IMG/VR virus record: IMGVR_UViG_3300020045_000874
Coordinates: 1 to 24,028 of that record
Source of the DNA: a virus
Taxonomy: Duplodnaviria; Caudoviricetes
Direction: 5' to 3' (one strand)
Length of the DNA: 24,028 bases
The translations under genes and the position numbers were made by a program. The notes below the pieces were generated by a model, which worked only from the letters and a program-made list of their open reading frames with translations, did no database searches and was not told the origin of the DNA. Of this stretch, positions 17,621 through 24,028 are shown in pieces; within the stretch, counting starts at the first letter, position 1; each line of letters opens with the position of its first letter.

Positions 17621-18061
17621 GCACTAGAAATAGTGTCATCAAGTAAGCAAGCCGAAACGAGTGTGGCTAACAGAGTGAGGACACGAATAAGGCGCTCGTA
17701 AAGCCGAGTGACCACATGAACGTCTGCTTGCTTACTTGATGGTTTGGTATAGATGAGTACACGTTTGCCAAAGTACACGGGTAAACAAACGGACGCAAGA
17801 ACGCTTAACGGCGTAATCGGCAACCATCAACTATCAATCATGAGCCTTGCCATAGTTAGCAATCGGTATGGGTAAAGTCAGGGCTTATGATTGATGGTGA
17901 AGCGCATAAAGTCATACAGGCTCACAACTGGTGACGCGTAGGATTAGGGGTGCCTAGTCGCCATCAATATTTATGGGGTGAATGCGCAGGCTGATGCGCT
18001 GTTACTGGGGTTGACCAGCAATGCACTCAGAATCCGGAGATCAGTACCGGCCACCCCACCA
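17621..18061 (+). ncRNA. Array of five structured non-coding RNA units antisense to the tail operon
   Basis: GAAA-tetraloop hairpin 17622-17635. Closing stems of 16 bp (17637-52/17726-41), 9 bp (17736-44/17822-30), 19 bp (17831-49/17879-97), 10 bp (17891-900/17958-67) and 6-7 bp (17974-80/18052-58). G-U pairs work only on +. No credible ORF. Confidence 0.7.
17975..18061 (+). ncRNA. tRNA-like cloverleaf with 3' ACCA and a loop-loop pseudoknot
   Basis: GGGGTG/CACCCC-A-CCA; arms GCGC(A)/(T)GCGC, CTGG/CCAG, CCGG/CCGG; loop CTGAT complementary to loop ATCAG; no TTCRA T-loop. Confidence 0.65.
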
Positions 18062-18985
18062 TCACACATACCGCAACACAAGCTGAGAGTACCAGTCTTG
18101 ACCATGAGAATCACCAACGTGATTGATAGTTTCGACTCTAAAGTATTCCTTATCAATCCCGCGAGTATCCAAGCGGACATATCCACCAGGCTGCAATGCG
18201 GGCTGCAAAAGGCTTTTCACTCGGTAGCCTTGGACTTCTAGTTTCTTTTCGTTATTACCGGCCTCAGTCTCACCATAAGTCACGCGAACGCCTTTTTGTT
18301 TCGCGGTGAAGCCTTTTTTAGCTGCGGTCTTTTCAGAGTAAATTTTATGCTCTGATTCTGGCGACTCAATAAGCCCAGTGTCAGGCGACAGCACGAAGGC
18401 TTGCATATCAACAGCTTTACCTTGTTTCAGGATCTGTAACTCCCGATTCTGGATTGACCATTCAAGCCCTAGAAAGTCACACGCCTTTTTCATGGCTTCG
18501 CGTGATCGGCCAATGAAAGCAAATCCATCTGGATATGTCTTGGTTGCTATCTCGCTTGGCAATGGCCGGATAGGCAGCTTAAACGTCGCTGCAATGTTGC
18601 TTAAAACTTGTTGCGCCGATACGCCTGGCGAGAAGCTAAAAGAAGTCTTTGTGTCTTTGTATTCTGCACCACCGTCTGACATTTCCAACTCAGTGATAGA
18701 ATCAGCGCCTTCAATGCGAGTCAACGCCCGCGTAACCGTGCCCGTGAAAATAGTAATCTCGCTAACGTCACGCTTATATCCAGCTTTCAGAATAAGAATG
18801 TTGTTGACAGTCTCAACCAAAGCGCGTGAGTTTTTGTTAAGGTTGTATATGCGACAGGTACACGAATTAGGCGTGTCAATCGAACCCTTCTCAATAGCGA
18901 ATGAAAACCGTAGATCACGAATCTCGACGGCTTTCCCATCAGGCTTGCCAACAGTCAGCGAGGCTACACGGTCAAATAAAGCCAT
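18062..18985 (-). CDS. Baseplate hub protein
   Basis: LRFSFAIEK..PN..RIYNLN..LKAGY..IF.G..WSIQN..L..TGLI.SP..LLQP..GDSHG.DWY; synteny. Confidence 0.82.
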   Translation of the reverse strand: MALFDRVASLTVGKPDGKAVEIRDLRFSFAIEKGSIDTPNSCTCRIYNLNKNSRALVETVNNILILKAGYKRDVSEITIFTGTVTRALTRIEGADSITELEMSDGGAEYKDTKTSFSFSPGVSAQQVLSNIAATFKLPIRPLPSEIATKTYPDGFAFIGRSREAMKKACDFLGLEWSIQNRELQILKQGKAVDMQAFVLSPDTGLIESPESEHKIYSEKTAAKKGFTAKQKGVRVTYGETEAGNNEKKLEVQGYRVKSLLQPALQPGGYVRLDTRGIDKEYFRVETINHVGDSHGQDWYSQLVLRYV

Positions 18986-19420
18986 TTAAGCACCGTCCCA
19001 AGAAGACGAACCGCTATCCCATTCCGATAGACCGCTGTCCCATATAGACCCACTAACGGCTGCTACTGGCGTGATAACAACAACGTCAGACACGACAACA
19101 TCAGGAACATAATAGACAAGCGAATAATCACCCGTTCCGACTGATTCGTAAAGTGCGCGTGAATGCTTGTTTTTGTTATCGATGAAATATAAATCACCAA
19201 CTGGCAGCAGCGTATTTTTAAACCGACTGATTAGCGGGTAGTTTTTCACCATCTTGATATTCTCAAGAATTACAGCACCATCCCGAGCGTAAATTGACAG
19301 TGAAAAATATCCATACTTCTCATTCCAAAGAATGCGGAGTGTGTACGGGTTATCACTTAAAACAACGTCAACAAGTTGGTCAGTCGTGTCTGGCAATAGT
19401 GGAATTTCAGCGAGAATCAT
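18986..19420 (-). CDS. Small baseplate protein (plug-like) with C-terminal WD repeats
   Basis: EIPL..V.L..Y.LR..WN..LSIY..G pattern; lies between Dit-like and hub genes; tail WDSG..WDSG..WDGA. Confidence 0.7.
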   Translation of the reverse strand: MILAEIPLLPDTTDQLVDVVLSDNPYTLRILWNEKYGYFSLSIYARDGAVILENIKMVKNYPLISRFKNTLLPVGDLYFIDNKNKHSRALYESVGTGDYSLVYYVPDVVVSDVVVITPVAAVSGSIWDSGLSEWDSGSSSWDGA

Positions 19421-20049
19421 TGCAAAGCCTTTTTGATGTTTTCTGAAATTGTTTTAGCAAGACCAGAAGACTGTGCGCGAGTCTTGTAATTTTCATCAAG
19501 CATCTTATTACCCGCTGTTTTTTGTGGCTCTGCCTTCTTACCTAAGTTACCCGCCTTCTTATCCTTCTTCGCACTAATGCCTGGTGGAAGCTTCACAAGC
19601 TGGGTATCAACAAAACGAACGTTCACCAGCTCCATCGTAAACTGCACTTCTTCACCGATCTGTGCATTACGAGGTATTGAAACTGATTCAATAACCATAT
19701 CGGTGTAGATTGCGTGCTTGGTATAAACCACCACAACATCACGCGATTTAAACAGTTCACGAATGGCATCAAATGCCGTCTGAATGCGTGGTGACTCGTT
19801 ATCTCCACCAAAGTATTGACCAGCAAATTCACCGCGTAGAGGGCTGTTTGTGATGGTGCCAGTCAGCTTCAGCTTATCTGACCGTTCAATCACATGGTCA
19901 GTTACTGGAGATCCAGTTTCAACCGGATTTTGTGTAATCTCATTGCGCCAGTCATGCAGTTCGTCAAGTGTGGCATCAAAGTCGATTGACGCGATACCGC
20001 CGAAAACCTTAGTTCCTGAGTTTGGCCCACCATAGTAAAAACCTATCAT
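19417..20049 (-). CDS. Tail-tube initiator / Dit-like baseplate protein
   Basis: FDATLDE.H..ITQNPVETGS.VTDH..Y.DMVIES; follows the tape measure. Confidence 0.8.
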   Translation of the reverse strand: MIGFYYGGPNSGTKVFGGIASIDFDATLDELHDWRNEITQNPVETGSPVTDHVIERSDKLKLTGTITNSPLRGEFAGQYFGGDNESPRIQTAFDAIRELFKSRDVVVVYTKHAIYTDMVIESVSIPRNAQIGEEVQFTMELVNVRFVDTQLVKLPPGISAKKDKKAGNLGKKAEPQKTAGNKMLDENYKTRAQSSGLAKTISENIKKALQ

Positions 20050-21525
20050 TTAGTTACCCATTGAGTTCATATCACGCGCCAACTTGTCGTTACCTTGACC
20101 CAAGATATTGACAACACCAGTTTCAAGCAAATTAATGTGAGACTGCGGAGTACCCGGTGGCATGGTGAAGTTATTTGTTTGGTGTACCGTGTTGCTAGTC
20201 GGTGAAGCTGGCGCAAGGTTAGGCAACATGGTTGCTGGCGTAACGCTGCCTGGACCTACCTTTGGCAAGCCGACATCATTGGATTTATTAAGCAAGTAAG
20301 CTGCACCCAAAGCAATGCCAGCACCAGCCGCAATAGCCCAGCCAGTCGGCCCCATTGCGGCGAGTTGGATAGCTAGTACCTTGGCCCCTTCAATCATGGC
20401 TGTAATACGCATCTTAGCCCACATGGCAGCGTAAGCAATAGCCACATAAGCAAATTGAGCCGTCAATCCTACTAATGCAGCCGTCAACCCCACCGTCAGA
20501 ACGTCACCATTTTTCAAATCTTTCAGGAAGTCGCCAAACAAAGATTGACCACCCTCCATGTAAGTGTAAATATCATCAATGGCAAGTCCAAGCAAGACAA
20601 GCGAAGCCACGACAAGGCCAGCGGGGGACAGGATAGCACCAAGGATGCTCAACAACCCTCCTAAAGCCATTGTGCCAAACAGTGCAAGCAATGCAATGCC
20701 AAACACCTTCAATGCGTTAGTTCCGCCGCCTACGAATTCAACAAACGATTTAAACCCGGTTTCGATACGATCAAAGGCACTCAAAAAGAAGTTCGCCACA
20801 TTGGTGACAACGTGAGATTCACGGTTCATATTCTGAACCATAGTCTTAAACTTGTTTCCGATAATGGAAGTTGCAGCGCCAATAGTCATTGGCATTTTTC
20901 GGAATTTATCCTCAAAAATGCTTGACATTTTCATGGTTGCTTCAATAACCTGTTTTGAGGTTATCTTTCCTTCGCTTGCGAGCTTTTTCATTTCGCTGCG
21001 AGGTATTTTAAGAGCGATAGCCAACTCATCCATGTATTGTGGTGCAGCTTCAGCCATAGCGCGAAACTCTTCACCCTGCAATGTGCCAGCCCCCAATGCT
21101 TGGCTAAACTGAGTCATTACAGATGATGCCTCTTGCGCTGTTGCACCGCCAACAACAAGCGCCTGACTGATTGTGTCAGTTACCTTTAACAAGTCGCCCT
21201 GAGTTTTTACATAGTCTTTGGCTGCATTGCCGATGCGGTTATACAGCGTACCGTAAGCATCAAGAGATTGGCGGTTATCACTCGCATGTTTTGACACTTC
21301 GTTAAAGGCATCTCCAACTGAACCAATAGTCTGCGGCAGCATCCCGATACGAGATTCCAATGACTGCATCGAATCAGCCACTCCAGCTAAAGCACGCAAA
21401 GAAGCGAACGCGGCAATGCCTGACAGCATACCTGACAATTTACTGATTGAACTTTCGGCACGGTTAAGACTCCCTTGGTCAAGACCGAAGGAAATTTTTG
21501 TTACAAGTTCGCGCACCGTTGCCAT
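20050..21525 (-). CDS. Tail tape measure protein
   Basis: QFSQALGAGTLQGEEFRAMAEAAP..GKITS tape-measure domain followed by hydrophobic segments. Confidence 0.92.
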   Translation of the reverse strand: MATVRELVTKISFGLDQGSLNRAESSISKLSGMLSGIAAFASLRALAGVADSMQSLESRIGMLPQTIGSVGDAFNEVSKHASDNRQSLDAYGTLYNRIGNAAKDYVKTQGDLLKVTDTISQALVVGGATAQEASSVMTQFSQALGAGTLQGEEFRAMAEAAPQYMDELAIALKIPRSEMKKLASEGKITSKQVIEATMKMSSIFEDKFRKMPMTIGAATSIIGNKFKTMVQNMNRESHVVTNVANFFLSAFDRIETGFKSFVEFVGGGTNALKVFGIALLALFGTMALGGLLSILGAILSPAGLVVASLVLLGLAIDDIYTYMEGGQSLFGDFLKDLKNGDVLTVGLTAALVGLTAQFAYVAIAYAAMWAKMRITAMIEGAKVLAIQLAAMGPTGWAIAAGAGIALGAAYLLNKSNDVGLPKVGPGSVTPATMLPNLAPASPTSNTVHQTNNFTMPPGTPQSHINLLETGVVNILGQGNDKLARDMNSMGN

Positions 21526-21529
21526 ATAT

Positions 21530-21781
21530 TCAATCTTTCTTTTTCATAGCCTGATATTGGTAGGCGTCTTGCATATCCATTAAAGCATTCAACTTCATCA
21601 AATCTTCAACGCTAGTCGTCCCATCCTTCACCTCGGTGATTGTGGTTTTCCCTGCTAGTATCGGACGCCATATCCACAATTCAGACTCTAGATCAGCTCT
21701 TAATTTGCCGGGGGCTTCACCGCTTGAGTTTGAGCCCCGGCGGTTAGGCTCCCAAAGTTCCCCGCCGCTTTTTTGAAAAAA
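21530..21781 (-). CDS. -1 frameshift extension of the tail assembly chaperone (gpGT-like)
   Basis: Slippery T TTT TTC at 21781-21775. The -1 frame is open to TGA 21532-21530 (..PGKLRADLESELWIWRPILAGK..DLMKLNALMDM..KKKD*) and has no obvious independent start. Confidence 0.75.
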   Translation of the reverse strand, partial: FFQKSGGELWEPNRRGSNSSGEAPGKLRADLESELWIWRPILAGKTTITEVKDGTTSVEDLMKLNALMDMQDAYQYQAMKKKD

Positions 21782-22155
21782 ACTGCAAAGTTCAGTTTAA
21801 GAACCTCCCAGATCAATTCATAAAAATCAAACAGGTTATCAGCGGTAAATGCTTGGTTTACACCCATTGCATCTTTAATGAAAATCTTCTTTTCAATAAA
21901 GTAAACCCGCGAGTTGGAAAACATCGGGAACACAATAGAATCCATCACTTCTTCTGTTAGGTTCTCAGCAAGGATATTAGTAACCTCACTCAAATCAGCA
22001 TCTAGCAAGTTTACAGAGCCTTTACCCTTTGTCAGTCCGCCAATAACAGGCAAAATAACCTTGTTCAAACGCAACAGAATTCGATTCGCGTCGAACGCAT
22101 TCATTTTCATGGCCGTATATTCATACTGGCCGATAATAATTGTTTCTGGGTGCAT
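21700..22155 (-). CDS. Tail assembly chaperone (gpG-like)
   Basis: Located between tube and tape measure; TAAGGA RBS before ATG 22155 (ORF track 22182). Confidence 0.8.
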   Translation of the reverse strand: MHPETIIIGQYEYTAMKMNAFDANRILLRLNKVILPVIGGLTKGKGSVNLLDADLSEVTNILAENLTEEVMDSIVFPMFSNSRVYFIEKKIFIKDAMGVNQAFTADNLFDFYELIWEVLKLNFAVFFKKAAGNFGSLTAGAQTQAVKPPAN

Positions 22156-22189
22156 GGTTTTCCTTATGTGTATTTGTTTCAATTATACG

Positions 22190-22222
22190 AAAAAAAGCCC
22201 GTCAGAGCGAATCATGACGGGC
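22190..22222 (-). terminator. Intrinsic terminator after the tail tube gene
   Basis: Minus strand GCCCGTCA-N10-TGACGGGC followed by T7. Confidence 0.85.
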
Positions 22223-22240
22223 CAACGCACACCCCAGAGA

Positions 22241-22669
22241 TTAAGCGCCGGACAACGACAGTTTCAAATCAGCACAATCAAATATGAATGAACGTTCGCC
22301 GACTTCTTTTCCGAAGACAATTTCAGGCGCTGACTTGAGCCACGACTGAGTAGAAACCACAAGTTCAGCACCATCACCCGGCGACACGATCTGAATTGGA
22401 ATCAGGATGTCGCCATCAAACAGGAAGTTGTCCAAAGCCACCAGTGCAGACAGTTCGTTCACCGCTGGCGAGCTTTGCAATAGCTTAATCTCGATAGAGC
22501 CTGACTTATTTCCATTGCGAGCGCGGGCGACATGGCCGTCAGCGCCAACGCGCTTCATGTACAAGTCTTCATCACGTTTTGCCGTGATAAAGTCGCCATC
22601 AATAAAGCCAGAGACGATAACTCCACCGACAATCACGGTGAGTTTAGTTGGGTCGTAAGTAGTTGCCAT
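22241..22669 (-). CDS. Tail tube protein (DUF3277-like)
   Basis: TYDP..GF.DG..VGADG..SG.I.I.LLQSS..N; follows the sheath. Confidence 0.85.
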   Translation of the reverse strand: MATTYDPTKLTVIVGGVIVSGFIDGDFITAKRDEDLYMKRVGADGHVARARNGNKSGSIEIKLLQSSPAVNELSALVALDNFLFDGDILIPIQIVSPGDGAELVVSTQSWLKSAPEIVFGKEVGERSFIFDCADLKLSLSGA

Positions 22670-22679
22670 TTTTTATTCC

Positions 22680-24011
22680 TTAGATTTCGTACCCGACGGC
22701 ACCGTTAATTTGCACCACATGGATAGCGCCAGCCAACCGGGCCGAGAACTCAAGCGTCAACACGCGGGATGCTTTCACCAGTGGGTCAATGCTAGACGAC
22801 AATGGCGCGGTGATAACAAAACCGGGAACGGTATTTCCATCGGCGTCAATCTCATCAGGCGCGATATAACCAACGGTAACGCCTTGCTGCAAAGACTTAC
22901 GCAGGTTAGTGACGCAAAGTTGAATACCTGCGTCAGTATATGGAACTTTGGCACGATTAATCATCATCATGACCATATTGGTCTGAATCAAATCTTTCAG
23001 CCAGTCACGGCCACGGATAACGTCAATCCACTCCCCTGCTGCCACTTTGCCGGGATTGGTCAGCGCTATCTGAGTCTGGTAATACTCGAAAGTATTTCCG
23101 CCCTTACCGAGAATGGTGTTTCGGTCAGTCGCTGGCAGCTTGTCTGGGGTAACTCCACCGAGCTTTTTAAGCGCCCAAGTCTCAGAGCCGGGTTGCAATG
23201 GAAACACCGCAGACATCCAAGCCGCATCAGGATATTCTGTAGCCGCCTTGGCACTATAGGCCGCATAGGTTCGGTAATAGCGGGTATCTTTGGCAACACT
23301 GATAACGTCAGTCGCAACACCAGCGGTAAGAATGGCAGCTTCGTCGCTGGCAAATCCGAACAACTTCTCTTGAGTCTCAGTCCAAGCCGCAAAATCAAGC
23401 TGCACTTGCTTTGTACGGTCAGAACTAATCAAGCCATACCAAGCGTTATCCTCAAGAACGATAGCGGCCATATCAACAGCTACGGTATCGGTCGTGGTGA
23501 TAGCACCCCAAGACAGGTTAGAACCCAGCGTAACTGCTTGCAGGTTAGTCTGACTAATCCAAGCCAAAGACACGGTATTACCAATGGCGGTAGCTGTCAG
23601 AGTCTCGTTTGTATCGCTAGTGATAGCCAAAGCCAAAGCCGTCGCAATCTCAGCAGCGGTTGCAGTTGCATCGCTGGTATATGTGTAAACCTCGGGCGAA
23701 GTACCGGCGACCGTGATGGTGTAAACCGTCAAGTTTGCAGCCACGATATTGACAATGGCAGTGCCAACCTTACGGCGACCAACTTTAACTTGACGCGGGT
23801 GAGGCGTTTGGCTAAATGCGGCCTGTACTGCGAGCAGCATAGGTGTAGGCAGACCAGCCGCAACGGCATCGTCATAGCGCGTGTAAGACTGAACACGGGC
23901 TGCGAATGCCATAGTCGGGCCGACAATAATTTGTGTCCCGAAATCCGCCCTTTCTACGCCAGTCGTATTTAGAGAAATACTGACATTTACGATGTCACTT
24001 AAGTTTGCCAT
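22680..24011 (-). CDS. Contractile tail sheath protein (DUF3383-like)
   Basis: PGSETWALKKL.GV..GEWIDVIRGRDWL..KVPYTDAGI..LAGAIH; AAAGG RBS. Confidence 0.9.
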   Translation of the reverse strand: MANLSDIVNVSISLNTTGVERADFGTQIIVGPTMAFAARVQSYTRYDDAVAAGLPTPMLLAVQAAFSQTPHPRQVKVGRRKVGTAIVNIVAANLTVYTITVAGTSPEVYTYTSDATATAAEIATALALAITSDTNETLTATAIGNTVSLAWISQTNLQAVTLGSNLSWGAITTTDTVAVDMAAIVLEDNAWYGLISSDRTKQVQLDFAAWTETQEKLFGFASDEAAILTAGVATDVISVAKDTRYYRTYAAYSAKAATEYPDAAWMSAVFPLQPGSETWALKKLGGVTPDKLPATDRNTILGKGGNTFEYYQTQIALTNPGKVAAGEWIDVIRGRDWLKDLIQTNMVMMMINRAKVPYTDAGIQLCVTNLRKSLQQGVTVGYIAPDEIDADGNTVPGFVITAPLSSSIDPLVKASRVLTLEFSARLAGAIHVVQINGAVGYEI

Positions 24012-24028
24012 GGTGGCCTTTCATATTA

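Noticed and set aside
17650-17730. Hammerhead ribozyme in unit A (CGAAAC present)
   Set aside because: No CTGANGA core found in the required position.
17637-18064. RNA island as a CRISPR array or as canonical tRNA genes
   Set aside because: Recurring motifs are only ~7 nt and alternate in orientation; no unit has both a proper D arm and a TTCRA T-loop.
17605-18241. ORFs 17605-17823 (-), 17971-18186 (-) and 17978-18241 (+)
   Set aside because: No convincing RBS or protein motifs, two overlap the hub gene, and the region is better explained by RNA stems.
18378-18989. 203-aa + strand ORF and other short antisense ORFs over structural genes
   Set aside because: They lie opposite well-supported genes and have atypical composition.
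22182-22187. TATAAT on the minus strand just after the tube terminator
   Set aside because: No acceptable -35 or extended -10 found, so not called as a promoter.
22710-23972. 420-aa + strand ORF
   Set aside because: Antisense shadow of the sheath gene with no recognisable motifs or RBS.

Overview
This is a fragment of a tailed dsDNA phage (or prophage) with a contractile tail. Two convergent arms meet at a bidirectional terminator near 7013-7040. The left arm (+, 1-7011) holds a Cas4-like PD-(D/E)XK nuclease, a free-standing GIY-YIG homing endonuclease, an SF2 helicase, a resolvase-like nuclease, many small early ORFs and a MazG-like pyrophosphatase. The right arm (-, 24011-7039) runs sheath, tube, tail chaperone with a -1 frameshift extension, tape measure, hub/spike/wedge genes, two tandem beta-helix tailspikes, baseplate J, a short fibre and a lysis cassette. 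The most unusual feature is a ~500 bp non-coding island (17545-18061) inside the tail operon. On the opposite (+) strand it has a candidate promoter and five back-to-back structured RNA units linked by recurring TTGATGG/CCATCAA arms, ending in a CCA-tailed tRNA-like cloverleaf. Product calls come from motif recognition and synteny only; no searches were run.
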